A stretch of 64,000 bases of DNA, taken from Octopus sinensis. Its lineage: Eukaryota. Below are positions 25,663 to 40,097 of the stretch, one piece after another. Location: positions 18,600,001 through 18,664,000 of the forward strand of contig NC_043013.1 of assembly GCF_006345805.1 (NCBI RefSeq), in the 5' to 3' direction. How positions within the stretch are numbered: the first letter of the stretch is position 1; each line of letters starts with the position of its first letter. The notes under the pieces were generated by a model. The model ran no database searches. It had not been told where the DNA came from and was given only the letters and a program-made list of their open reading frames with translations. The position numbers and the translations under genes were made by a program.

Positions 25663-25765
25663 CACAACAATCGTTTCGGCTTTATTCTGCACTGCTCCCT
25701 TCTGGGCGTGACACGATGTAATTACACCAGATGTAACGCACGGTGCAAAACAGCCTCATCAGGTG
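25663..25765 (-). ncRNA. Type I hammerhead ribozyme motif with extended stem II
   Basis: CAC-CTGATGA-GGCT.TTTTGCAC...GTGCAGAA..AGCC-GAAA-CGATTGT-T-GTG. Intact core, G10.1-C11.1 pair, near-palindromic ACGATTGT, GUU triplet; stem I only 3 bp. Confidence 0.6.
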
Positions 25766-26189
25766 ACGTATGATGCTTCACAATTTCCCAGATTTATATT
25801 TCATTTTCACTTATACGGTATACGGTATGGAGAGATACCAGCAGTTCGGACACATTTGTATATGTGTAAGTGTGTGTGTGTTTTGTGCGTGTATGTGTGT
25901 ATGTATGTGTGTGTGTGTGTGTGTGTTTCCGGTCTGTGTTCCTTACCCCAGCTTGACAATAGGTGTTGGTGTGTTTAAGTTCTTGTAAATTAGTGGTTCG
26001 GTAAAAGAGTCTGTTAGAATAGAGTACTGGAATCAACTCATTCGACTAAACAGTCTTCGTGGTGAAGCCCCATGGCCTCAGTCTGACTGAAACAACTAAA
26101 AGATAAAAGTTAATATACATGCATACATACACACATACATGCATACATTCATACAAAGACACACACACACATATATTTATATATATGTA

Positions 26190-26240
<51 letters not shown>

Positions 26241-28305
26241 AAATAAGCACTAGGTTATCAAGAAGTAATGCAGTACGACCGTTTCAAGTGGCTCTATTTA
26301 ATTGAACAATGCAATCATTACATCAATTTAAATGCAGGTTTATCATCAGTTGCACAAATAAATTGAATTTTAATGAGTTGGACACATTAATATAATTTTA
26401 CTCAAATACTTCAACAAAGCAAGAAGATGGAAGAAATCCATGTTGTCGCTATTGTAGCTAAGAATAGACAACACTTCCAAGAATGGCATGAAGTTCACTG
26501 GGGTCATAGCTTGTAAAGGATTGTAGTTCATTTCTAATTTATTTGTTTTTTTATCAACTGCTAAATCCAAGACTAGAAGACTGTGTCTCTTTGGAAGGAA
26601 GGGAAAGAGTGAATTGACAGCTCATGGCTAGGTATGGTCATAAATATTGTCAATATATTAGGAGTTGTAACTTGGGTATAAAGTAACTGTCTATAAAGGC
26701 GGCTGGGTAGGGGAAGACCCAAAATCATGAATTTAATCACCGGCCAAAGGAGCAAGACGCTAATAAAACCTATGATGTTAACACAGAGGAAATTGTATCA
26801 TGGCGTACTATGGGTGATTGTTTATAAACAATATTGTTATGTTGTATAAATTTAAGATTATCAAAAATGATATCACAACCAAAATAGGTAAAATGTATGT
26901 ATATATCAATTTCCAACATTAAAAAGGAAAGATTACATAGAATCAGTTTAATATTCATTTATGTACTTAATTATTTATTTATTAGGTAGTTTCTATAAAG
27001 ACTGATCTGGGCATTTACTTATGGAATACTGGAAAGATAAACATACTGTCTATATATTAAGTATAAGCCAAGAATCAGAAAAAATAAAGATGTGTACAGA
27101 TACATACACATATGTATCTCTATGCACACATGCACACATACATAAATATTTATACGTTTATATGGATATAGTATAAGCATCTCGCAAAGACTTAAGTAAC
27201 TGAAAAGTATCTCTTTACGAACAAGAAAGACAACAATTTATAAGGGATAAGAGGTTAATGCACATATATGCATATATAAATATATATATTTATACGGTTA
27301 TATGGATATAGTATAACCATCTCGCATAGACATAAGTAGCTGAAAAATCTCTATTTAAGAACAGCAACAACTTATAAGGTTAAGAGGTTAGATGGTAAGG
27401 ATGTCAAAGTAAGAAAGGAAAATAATTAGAATATATAGAAAAAGACAAGAAATTTATATAACCTACATTTAAAGAAACAGAGTATTAAAATTTGAGGTAG
27501 GGAAGAGATAAAGGTAACCCGAAAACAGGAGGTAGTAGGTATGGGCGTAGTGAGGGCAGTTAGAGGTATTCAGACCGAAGAGATTTTATAAGTTGCACTG
27601 TTACAGGTGTTATTACACATGATTTTATAGTTTCTAGGAGGTATATAATTAGGAGACTTACTTACATAAAAGCCAGTACAAATATACATAATATGATCAG
27701 TAGGGTAGAACATCATAGAAAGGAGAAAAATAGTTTAATCACCAAAAGCATGATGAAGTCAGACTAATTAGACATGCTTTATCATGGGATAGTAATTACA
27801 TATAGCACACCACATACCATAACATATAGCTTATAACATATGCAATGCAATTTAATTCACCCTATAACTCAATATCTCATGATTTTATTATATCTAATAC
27901 TAGAGGGTAAGTTTACAACGGATACGACGCCAAAACTAATTTCCATCATCAAAGTTCAAGTATGGCACCTAATTTCGAAAATACTTAAATGTACGGGTGA
28001 CGCTATGTACGCATAATACTCTTAGGTCTAATCTACTATTAATCAGTTTGTTCTAGTCCCTATACTTAAAAATCTCATAAGTTTCCATAGAGCACTTCTC
28101 ACACCCGTATCGACTATCTCTGTAAGGTTGCGCTTTCCGTATTATATCCCATTTCAGGCTAAATTCGTTCCCGCTTTCTTTCAATTCTCAAATCTTGTTA
28201 GATATGGACGTACAATTGGTTTTATGTTTGAGTCTATAATATGAAAGAAGGTTAGTGATACGCTTTTTCATATTTATCGAACATCCTATATATATATATA
28301 TATAT

Positions 28306-29456
28306 ACTAGCTTAAGGTGACCCGCTCTACGCGTGGGTAAGCGTGTGGTTGTTACTTTCTGTTGCTTCCTTTCAGCACGTAAAAAGCACCATCCGAACGT
28401 GGCCGATTGCAGCGCCGCCTTGACTGGCTTCTGTGTCGGTGGCATGTAAAAAGCAGCAACCGATTGTGGCCGCTGCCAGCCCCCCTGGCACCTGTGCCGG
28501 CGGCACGAAAAAATCACCCACTACACTCACAGAGTGGTCGGCGTTAGGAAGGGCATCCACCTGTAGAAACACTGCCAGATCAGACTGGAGCCTGGTGCTG
28601 CCTCCTGGCTTCCCAGACCCCGGTCAAACTGTCCAACCCGTGCTAGCACGGAAAACAGACGTTAAACGATGATGATAATGATGATGATTTTCCCTCTTTG
28701 TTTCGCTCTCCTTTCTCTCTCACTTTCCCACTCTCTTACTTTTATTTTCTCTCGGACTCTCCCTCGCTTTCTCTTACTCTCTATCTTTATCTCTCTCTCT
28801 CCCATTTATAAACAACAAAAGATCTTGAGTAAGTTGAGAAATAAAATATTTAGAAAGATCAATCATAAATATCAGGCAGTAACAACGGAAAGGTCTGCTT
28901 CAAGGCAGACAGCAAAACACTAACATTTAAAAGGGACAGACGAAATTGCGAGCTGAATAAAAATAATAAAATATTGGAAACCAAAGTTTGAAGGGATAGA
29001 ATCTGAGGATAGTAGAGTCACAATGGCTGGCATTTCTTAACGACGGACAGCAACGTATTGACAGTTTAACGGCTGGCGTAAAATTTTGTACTTGATGTAA
29101 AAGAAAATTCCTAAACACCAAGTTTTGAAGTGATTCTTTCTCACGACAGTAGACTCACCATGGCAAGCATTGAAAACTTCTTCATCACGGACGGCAACAC
29201 ATTGACGATTCAAAGGCTGGCGCAAATTTTTTGGCTTGATGTAACAGAGAATTCCTAAACATCCGCTCCTTTAGATTTTAATCCCCTTCCAGCCCCATTT
29301 AGACCCCTTTTCACATTTTGTTAATATAACCCGATTTCATTCGGGTCTACTGGGGCCATATTTTATAAGATGAGGAATTTTGTCCTAGAGGTCACGCCTT
29401 TCATTTGAGGAAAAAAACAGTTGTCATGCAAACTTGCCAGCACTTTTAACATAGAT
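28306..29456 (+). mobile_element. Helentron-like non-autonomous element with internal ~130-bp tandem duplication and a nested SINE
   Basis: Starts ACTAGC...ACCCGCTCTACGCGTGGGT and ends CTTTTAACATAGAT. Internal repeats at about 29005-29130 and 29145-29265. Confidence 0.5.
28380..28690 (+). mobile_element. SINE with GGCGTTAGGAAGGGCATCC domain and (ATG)n tail
   Basis: ...GAGTGGTCGGCGTTAGGAAGGGCATCCACCTGTAGAAAC...CAACCCGTGCTAGCACGGAAAACAGACGTTAAACGATGATG. Confidence 0.75.
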
Positions 29457-29510
29457 GTGCATATTTTCAGCTCAACCGACCACATAATGCACACATTATA
29501 TATATATATG

Positions 29511-29556
<46 letters not shown>

Positions 29557-30089
29557 CATTATATATACAAATGTATACAAATTATATATATATGTATAAA
29601 TTAAATTAGAGATAAAACCACTAATAGGCAAATCAAACAGTGAAAAACATAAACCAAAACATAAAAATAAAAATATACTATACAAAATATATAAAATATA
29701 AAATTGAAAAATTTAAATTAATTAACTATCAAAAAGTATTAAAAAGTTTAATATACATTAATACAGATATATACACTTTGTATAGATACATAATTATATA
29801 TAGAACACACACACGCACACACACATATATATAAATTAACCCAATAAATATCTGATTCATAATATTTGTTCTCATGAATGTGTGGTGGTGGTGGCGATGA
29901 TAATTCTGTCTATGAATGCAGACAGACGTAGAGAGAGAGAGAGAGTGTGAAAGCGCTGTCGAAGGCGGGAAGGAGGGGGAGATATAGAACGCCGTTTGAG
30001 GACGTTATGAAGAGAAAGTGAAGGGGAGTTAGACGCTGTTAGGCGACGTTATATATAGAAAGTGAGGGGAGGGGAGGAAAGAGAATGAG

Positions 30090-30337
30090 TGACGGATGAA
30101 GACAGATACATAAAAGAATGTGAGTCGACTTGTCAAAGTGCGTTTTTGGCCCTAGCAACGACACCTTTTAAGATGTGGATTTCTAACCTAGCCCACTGGC
30201 ATCCTCACCTCATTTTACATGTCCCTGTAAATTTTGGAGTCAATCCGACGGGATCTAGTGGCCTTTAACCCGTTCTCAATGCCAAAAGCAGACAAACAAA
30301 CAAACTTTTCGCATTTCAGTTTTATAAATAGAGATAA
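30090..30337 (+). mobile_element. 3' fragment of a Helentron/DINE-like element
   Basis: Ends CAGACAAACAAACAAACTTTTCGCATTTCAGTTTTATAAATAGAGAT, similar in layout to the end of 5186-5630. Confidence 0.45.
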
Positions 30338-30440
30338 AGTTACCAGACTCAGTTATGATTGTACATTTATAAATTGTTTTGGATTAGACATCGGCCTAAT
30401 AACGGACAGTGGGATTTAACTCTACAATGGCAGCCAAGAG

Positions 30441-30494
<54 letters not shown>

Positions 30495-30526
30495 CGTCAC
30501 CATTATTATTATTATTATTATTATTA

Positions 30527-30575
<49 letters not shown>

Positions 30576-30897
30576 GATTATTATTATTATTATTCCTACT
30601 ACTGCCATTTTGTGTGTTATTTTTATTTGTTATTATTTATACTTCCTTCAAATTTAGTATCATTCAAATTCATCTCAGCATCAGCAGGCATTGTGTCAGT
30701 AATCTCTATGCTTGTATAAACCTCAGAGTTACAGTCTATATTGTACATATTAGATTTGTTAGTACTGTTATTTCTAATTCCTGCACCACCATTAATATTA
30801 TTCTCATTGTAGGGGATTAGTGTTAACAGTAAGCTAGTGTTAGTAACCCTCTTGCCGATTTTATACTCTTTCTATTTAACCTTGCTATATATATATA

Positions 30898-30974
<77 letters not shown>

Positions 30975-31218
30975 TTATGAGGTCATCGTGTAAATAAGAC
31001 CCAAAGGAGTCAGGTAATGGTGAGTAAGTGCTAAGGACAGACCATAGTTAAGCTCTAGGTTCGGTGATTATGCGAATAAGGAGTCCAACTTTGGTCATCT
31101 ATCAGCATGTGTATATAAAGTTTTTTTTTCAGAATGAGATAAAAAAACCCTAAAGCTGTGAAGATTTTAGAATATTTATAAATAGGTCTCACAGCTGTTT
31201 CCAGGATAATTATATCTC

Positions 31219-31262
<44 letters not shown>

Positions 31263-32319
31263 ATATACACATACACACACTCATATATACATGCATATAT
31301 GGGTACAGGACATCACCAACAGTGCAAATAACATGAAATACGTAAACAGACAAGGGAAAAACACGAGTGAACTACGTGAGCAACGAGAAAAAAATGGAAA
31401 ACAGGACGAGCTAACACAGAGAAAGGACCTTTCATCAGTTGTCGGCTGTCTAACTACTCCTCATTTCGAGCATTCAACGACAATATGAGTCTTCAAAGGA
31501 CATTTGCTCCCATAAATTCTAAGATAAAACTTAGGAGTTATGGAGGGTCAAAGCTGGGAACTAAAACAGGAAAGTGGAGATAAACAAGGAAACCGAACGA
31601 AAACAAGCATGGAAAGTCTTTAGATCAGAGCGAGAGGAAATACTAAACGCCGGGAGAAACATTTTTTCAAATGAGAAAAGATAGTATACATATATATATT
31701 TATATTTGTGTGTATGTGTTTGTTCCCCCACTACCACTTGACAACCGATGTTGGTGCGTTTAGGTCCCTGTAACTTAGCGGTTCGGCAAAAGTACAGATA
31801 AAATAAGTACTAGGCTTACAAAGATTAAGCATTGGGGTCAATTTGTTCGATTAAAGGCGGTGCTCAAGCATGCCCGCAGTCAAATGACTGAAACAAATAA
31901 AAGAATATATATATATATGTATGTGTGTATGTGTGTGTCTGTGTATGAGTGTGTCTGTGTATGTGTGTGTGTATGTAAGTATATATATATATATATATAT
32001 ATATATACCATAAATTATGTACTTAGGTACATGCATCACTGTTGTACACAGAAACACGCGAACAGACATGCACTCTCTACACACGGTAATTATCTTTCCA
32101 CGCATATATACATGCTCAAGTGTGTAAACACTCAAGCACATATTTTGCGTTAAATTATAGCCGTAATATCTCAGTTACATATATCACCTTATCGTCGAAG
32201 CGATACACTTTCGTGCCAAGACGGAGACTTTATTTTTAAATCTTCGCCTGCATTTTAGGAGATGACTCAACATTGTGACCAATCGGTGAGTTGTGAGCCT
32301 AATTTCTGTGCCTCTTCAG

Positions 32320-32395
32320 GGACGAGGAAATAACAGAAATGTTGGTATTATATGGCGCAGATGTGTGCGATACTCGGACCGCCACAGTAAAATGA
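32320..32395 (+). CDS. Candidate ankyrin-repeat exon: (x)DEEITEMLVLYGADVCDTRTATVK*
   Basis: Good acceptor AATTTCTGTGCCTCTTCAG. EIxEMLVxYGADV matches the second helix and turn of the ankyrin consensus. No partner exon was established. Confidence 0.3.
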
Positions 32396-33170
32396 CTAGT
32401 GTCTGATTTTGGCTTTTAGAAATTCGTGTCTTCACTGGCATTTGGAAAAATAGAAATAAAATGTCACAGAGGAACGCATCCACATACCAAATTGTACAAT
32501 GATAACTATATCACACTCTATATCTTTGAAGAAGCTAAATTAACAACAAATAACAGAAAAGCACAGAAAAAAGGAAAATATCAAGCGATTAGAAATACTA
32601 CAGATTTCAAGTTGGAGTATTAATTCGAATTTGCTCACATGTATAAATACATACATACACACACAAGAATTGCGACACATGGATATTGACAAAACTTAGA
32701 GAAAACCTAAAGATAAACAAGCTTAGAAACATAAGTATATTCCTACCCACCTGTAGTGTCTATAAACCTAATAAATAAAATCAGTCGACGTGAATCCAGT
32801 CTTTCGTCTCATATGGAAAGTCCCAATAATGCAGCATCTTCCTATAATGCAGCAGCAGAATTGAGCGGATTCAAATATAAAATCACATTCTTCCGAAACA
32901 CAACAAACTGTAAAAAAAGAAAAAAATACAAAAGGAAGGTATATAACTACGCAGCTTATACACGAATTTAGAGTTAACGGCACACACGCACACATACACA
33001 TACACACACACACATCCATACGCACACATATGCATTCATTTACATACATATGTATATATATATGCACTCATGTAAGCATATGCATGTATACATTATACAA
33101 TATATAGACACATTGATATGTTACATACACATATATACACACATATGTACCTATGTATATATATATAGAA

Positions 33171-33301
<131 letters not shown>

Positions 33302-33434
33302 AAGGAGCTGATGATTTCATTTGAATGAAACACTTCTAGTCCTGTAGAAGCTCCTTCTATAAAATAAATTAATTTACTCTGCTATGTATTGAGTACCTTA
33401 TTTACTGTGGTTAACCCCGACTCAACCCGGGACC

Positions 33435-33528
<94 letters not shown>

Positions 33529-33529
33529 A

Positions 33530-33580
<51 letters not shown>

Positions 33581-35200
33581 GTGTGTGTGTGTGTGTAAAC
33601 ATATATATTTGTATATACAAGTGCATACACTTACATAAATATAAACATATGCATGAACACACAAATATACACATTAATATGCATGCATAGACATCGTAGA
33701 TATACGTATATAAATTAAGTCCCCGCCGTTACGTACCACACGTACACACACGCAATTCATAGAAATATGGGAGAGCTTAGTGACACTGAATATGAATTAC
33801 CGCGTTAAGACTTCTGGGAAATATGTCAACGATTTGTTGTGTACAGCAAATACACATAAGGCAGAGTGTCACGTACGTATCATAGGGAAATGAACGCCTT
33901 CGATTGACTGCTTTTATTCTTGCCACTACGATTACAGCTAGTGTTCGTGAAAACCGATAGATGTCCCTATCAGTTTTTCGTTAACGAGACATACGCACAT
34001 ACGCGTGTACGCACACACAGATACACGCACAGACACGGACACAGGCATAGACACACACACACATACGTACACACGGAAGCACGCACACACACCTACTCAG
34101 ATACAAGTATTGCTTAAGCGGAATATCGGGAGTTTTGCTTTTATTTTCAGCAAAACAAAAGAACAAAAAAAAAACAAAAAAACAAAAGCATTTCTCCGGT
34201 TTCATTTAAATATTGCTGTTGCCTGCTGAATAAAGCTGTATGATAGAATAATGATTGCAATGATTGATTGCAGTGTTTCAGTGATAGGATTGTCTCTTGA
34301 TTATTTATGAATATTTTTGTGGCAAACGAAGAATTGAAACTCTTACACAATATACGACTCGAATAGAACACTCTGTTTGTTGATATTTTTGTTGCTTTTG
34401 TTTATAGAATAAATATAAAAAACAACAAGTACAGTTCTACAAATATTAAAATATTTCGTTGTTTGATAAAACCAATTCTAAATCACCATTAAAAAAATAT
34501 TAAAAATGTTATTTTGAATAAAGTTTGTCCATTGCTATTATTTCAGGTGATGCCTGCTTTTGGAAAAAGAGAAAAAAACCCCTAATAAAAGCAAAAACAA
34601 AGCAAAAATAATACATTAATTAATAAAAATCGTAAACTTACAACAATGTAATATTTACGACACCAATTAATTATGTTTTGTGTGGGGAGGAAAACGTTAG
34701 GTATTGATGAAGAATTGGAGATAATTACATTGTTTAAAGAATTAAGCATATATTCCACTGTTCTCAATTGTATAAATTCTGCAAACATATTTCATACTGC
34801 CTTCTTTTTGTTCACCAAAATTAGTTTTCCATAGAAGGCTTTGTTAATATTATACAAATTTACATTCTTTCACGAGTGGATAAGTGTGGCATCAGAGATT
34901 TTTGAGTGTGTTGCTTGTAGGTATGTATTTTTTTTTTGTTTTGCATAACATCTTAATCTGAAAGACATAACGCCATCTTGAAAACAGCACTAAATCACTC
35001 TTCTCACAATAGAGAATACTTATGTTAGATATTGTCTAACACAATGTTGGTGGTGTTGTTGATATTTTCATCTTTGAGAAAACAGTGGACTGGCTGAAAT
35101 TCCTCAGTTAAAATTGGCGGTGTATTTAATATTGTAGCGCTAAAAGTGAGATCTCAACCAACGAACTAATTTCCATTTTCGGTGAGAAAACAAATTGAAG

Positions 35201-35313
<113 letters not shown>

Positions 35314-35684
35314 ATCAAGCAACAAAGGAAGAGAAAACATCAAAGTTTCACTTAAGAACAGAAAATTGCCTTTCGGACTAACAACAAAATACTAATGCGC
35401 TTTGGGTAGATGGTTGGGTGCAGGGGTGGTAATTCCGACAGTGGAATTCTACTAACTGTCTTCAGCCAGAATAAAACCGAAAAGACATCCCTGTTCACAA
35501 AGTATTTAAGTATGTTTAGCATAAAGCAGTAGCTCAGGCAAATTTCGTAATAGAAGTGGGTGAGAAAAAAAGTGAAAAATAGGGGTTTTCGGTTACACAG
35601 AATCTGGACGCGATAGAGAAATTTAGTTATCTGAAATTAGCGTCAGAAATTTGGTGGGAATCAGTAGTTTTCGTGTCTGTTATT

Positions 35685-35905
35685 AAAGCGATGAGCTGGC
35701 AGATTCATTAGCGCACCAGACAAAATGCTGAACAGCATTTCCTCGATTTTTACATGCTGAGTTCAAATTCCGCCGGAGTCGACTTTGCCATTCATTTTAT
35801 GGGGGTCTACAGAATAAATATTAGTCAAGTACTGGAACCGATGAAATCAGCTAGCTCCGCATCCTGAAATTTCAAGCCTTTTGCTTATAGTAAAAAAGGA
35901 ATATT
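35685..35905 (+). mobile_element. SINE (7635 family), diverged
   Basis: AAAGCGATGAGCTGGCAGA...GAGTTCAAATTCCGCCGGAGTCGACTTTGCC. Confidence 0.75.
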
Positions 35906-37325
35906 ATCGTTAACACTATTATTATCGTTATTAGTATTATTAATATTATAGTTAGTATTATTACTATTGTTGTGGTTACTGCACTTGTTACCATTAGTGT
36001 TAAAGTTGTAATTATTCTTAAATCTCCCTCTACATCTACAGTTTGAAGTTCAATTATTCCGATTTGTATATGTATTATTTTTTATTTATATAAAACATCG
36101 TGTAAAACCATTACTTCTAAATGCTTCATTATAATAACCAGCATTATTCTGGAATATCTACTTATTTCCAGAAAATTAAGAGATCCCAGTCGAATATTAC
36201 TAACTAATCCATTAATTATACATTTGTGGTGGTTAGAAAATTTATGGATATATTGCAAGTGTCGAGTCAGTTCATGGAAAGGCTGTTTATTTTCCCTTTT
36301 TGTATTTCGTTTTGACGTCCTGTTTTTCGTTTATCTTTTATTTTCATTAATGGCATGCTATATATTCTTCAGCGTATAATGACACACAATGTATTTTTCA
36401 AAACTTTTAACATTGCAATGGATAGATAAGATTTCCCTCTTGGGTCATTTATAAAATGCAAAAGCAAGTATCAAAGTAGATTACAGCAAGAAAACTTTAA
36501 ATAAAGGCGTTGCACAGTGGTATGGTTCTTGCCAGTAGAGTTAATCAGAGAAACGAACAAGCAACTTTTAATCTTATTAGACCTTTACAGGAAAGCATAT
36601 TTTATCACTTGATTATTGTTCTATAAATTTCGTCGTTTACTTTTCAGAATTTCCCTACTTAATTCCTTGTTGTATGGACGCAGAGTTTAAAATAGTCCCA
36701 GAGAGAGATTTTTCTTTATTAATTTCATAGTTAATTTCAGTGAATCGAAATTAATATTCATTACGTACATGAAACATTACCCGCTTGCATCTGGGGAATA
36801 CAAGAGGAATCACCACCAAAGTTTCTTACTAAAATAGGTGCAACTACCTACTGAACTGCGTACTATTACTACAGTCAATTGTGTTGACCTTTCTGGAGTA
36901 AACACAAGGCAATACATTTAATGAATGGGATTGTAAGGAGCTCATACGTAGCGTAATCTTCCTGAAGGCGAAACGGATATGCTTGGTGTAAAGGTCAACA
37001 CATCGGAATAGTACTTGAGTATAGACACACACAAACATGCACAAACATACATACATACACATACACTGGAATATCTAAATACTCATATGTTTATCATATA
37101 TAGACATACATATTCACACAAATACTCGCACATAAATATACACGTGAGCACACATCGCGCATGCGCACGGAGATCCGTATGTACATACATATGTACACAC
37201 ATATGTAATCTTGTTTCCGCACATATACATGCGCTACTCACAACGCGCACAAGCACATAAATTAGAGGCACACGCACTCACGCACACTCACTTACCCACA
37301 CATATACTGGTGCATATGTATGTAC

Positions 37326-37377
<52 letters not shown>

Positions 37378-37999
37378 ATCCTTTTCACTACATGGGCTCA
37401 ACTCTCCTCCCCCTCTTCATTTAACCATCCTCCTCTCTCCTCTCTTCTTTTCACACCTACTTCCTCCCACCTACTTCTCCGCTCTTGCTCTGACACCTAC
37501 TTCTCCTCTTCACTCCTACACACCTTCTTCCTTCCACCCTCTCTCTTCATCGTCACTCCTCCTTTGTTACCCCACTCCTACACATTCCAACCCATCATCC
37601 CTATACATCCCATCCCAACCCACCCCATCTCTTACACCCCACCTAATCTCTTACACCCCACCCCATCTCTTACACCCCACCCCATCTCTTTCACCCCGCC
37701 CTTGCTTCTCACACTTTCGCCTCCCCCACACCACAAAATCACCACACCACACACCGCCACAACACACCACCACACCACACACTACCACACCACACCACCC
37801 CGCACACACTAGCACTGACCACTTTCCAGCACCCACACCATCATCCGCACACCTACACATACACACATGCACACGTCAAGATCACCAGCCTCCTTTCCGT
37901 ACGCACCTACATGCTCTCACACACATGCACGCGCCCCTTCGTTGCGAGATGAACACTACTTTATTATCTCTCCTTCTTCCTAGCTCTCCTGTGTGACCC

Positions 38000-38215
38000 C
38001 TCTGTCCAGCGAAGGTCATGATAGCTTGCTAGCCACTAAACCATTTTTATTTTCTCTCCTTGCTTGTTTCTATGTTCCTTTCTGTTGAAGAGCGTAGGCT
38101 CGAAACCTAAAAGGATTTCTCACTTCCCGAGCTTTAAACTAATACATCTGCTTGTTGTTTACACACCCGTCTTCGTTTTTTTTTTTGTAAATTCTCAATA
38201 TATTAATATATATAT
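38000..38215 (+). repeat. Interspersed pLTR-like repeat (also 40920-41110 and 61960-62095)
   Basis: Shared TGAAGAGCGTAGGCTCGAAAC...ACTAATACATCTG...ACACCTGTCTTCGTC; lies adjacent to the Penelope-like ORF remnant. Confidence 0.65.
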
Positions 38216-38313
38216 ATATATAACATATGTAGCACATATATCAGTAACATATGTAGCACATATATCAGTAACACAGAGACACACACTAAATTTTCTGTCG
38301 GGTCTTGTGTATC

Positions 38314-38600
38314 CAAATTTAAAATTTGCCTGAACAACCACAGATCTTCTTTCAGGGTCCCGGAGAGATGCAAAACAACAACACTCGCAGCATACGTATG
38401 GCACCTAGAGGACGATCATACGCCATTTAACATCAGGTGGAAATTACTAGAACTTTGTGGACCCTATCACAATGGAACAAGACTGTAAATTGTGTATAGC
38501 AGAAAAAATATATAATCCTTATGGACTCACATGAGCCAGGAGGATGCCTGAACTCCAGGACGGAAGCCGTGGGGAGATGTCCACATTTTCGTAAATTTTA
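38314..38600 (+). mobile_element. Penelope-like element, C-terminal GIY-YIG region remnant
   Basis: KFKICLNNHRSSFR...TTLAAYVWHLEDDHTPFNIRWKLL...PYHNGT / CKLCIAEK / LNSRTEAVGRCPHFRKF matches the recalled PLE C-terminal pattern (HxSSF, LxxYxW, IxWxI, CxLCxxEK, LNxRxE, CxH). Frameshifted. Confidence 0.85.
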
Positions 38601-38946
38601 ACTTCAAAATTGGAAAATCTAGCTATTAAGCGAAGGAAAACTCGCCCGACCATAATTTTTTAAGAGGAATATTTCTTGAGCTAATGCCGGCATTCTTGTG
38701 TTTTTAAAATAAAACTTTATTTGCAGAGAATATTTATCGTTTAGAGAAACTGAAGATATGTCTATTTCACGCTAGATATGAAATTAATGGTTTTTCTAAA
38801 ACTTAGTTTATACATACATAAATAAATAACTGCTCTATATTTTATAGGGTCTTCTCCTGACTTATAACGAAGATATACATGCATGCACACACACACACAC
38901 GCGCACACATATAATGGATAATAAATAATAAAACGAATGGTTTACA

Positions 38947-39327
38947 CCTGGTAGCTTACTGGTAAAGCACGGTCAGTTTCAGGGTGATCGTTAGGTAAAT
39001 AACAAATGAAAGACAGAAGATGGAATATACGAGAATATACTACCAATCACAACAATTGTTTCGATAGATGATGAGTAAAGCACCGGCACAGTTTCGATTA
39101 CCTGTTGTTATCCGTAGATTTATTGCAGGAACTTCGTAGGGGCTGTTGGGGTAACAGTATCAATAAAATAGATGGAATGTGTAATAGACTTTATTAGGTA
39201 CAACTCATGTTTCGACCCACTCTGGGTCTCTTCGTATACATCAATAGAAAGTCTGAGTAGATATTTCTTGAGTCGGCTTACGTACCGCTATATATCCATC
39301 AATTCGAGAATGAGTAAAAACAAAGAA

Positions 39328-39401
<74 letters not shown>

Positions 39402-40066
39402 GGTATGTGTCAGTGCACAACACTTTCGGCCCTTGAGTCACTCTGTTGCTTCTGTTACATATAATTAAAAATATGAATATACTCATATTTTGAGTTCTAT
39501 TTTTCCTATTTACATCACCATACCTGTATGTACATAAAAACATATTTGTGTGTGCGTGTGCATATATATGTATATAAATATATATGCATAATACATATAT
39601 ACATATTTATATATATATGCATATATATGCATGCATGCATATATATTCATATGTGTGCGTATATATATATGTATATATATATGTGTGTATGTATTTATAT
39701 ATATATAAACATACACACACACGCATATATACACACATACATATATATGCATTTTCCTGCTACAAACATATACGCATAGAAACACACATATAAGTATACA
39801 AACACGCAAATGCATACGCACCGATGCATACATACACACGTATTTATATATACTTCTAATTTCGATTCATCCACTCAGAATATTGATACATACATATTTT
39901 CATTCTTTGATACATTCACACAAGCATATACACATGCTTACACGCATATATGCAAACAAACATTGTTACATATATATATATGTATGTACACACATATTTA
40001 AATACCCATATACATGCATAACATATATAATTACATGAACATAATACGCACTCTCACATAACACAC

Positions 40067-40097
<31 letters not shown>

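Noticed and set aside
32190-32326. Minus-strand hammerhead (TCGTCC-CTGAAGA...GAAA...GACGA)
   Set aside because: Stem II does not pair at its base and stem I starts with a mismatch.
34547-34586. Neuropeptide-like VMPAFGKR or CFWK after an acceptor
   Set aside because: Too short, immediately followed by stops, and lacks the second Cys of the urotensin-like CFWKYC motif.
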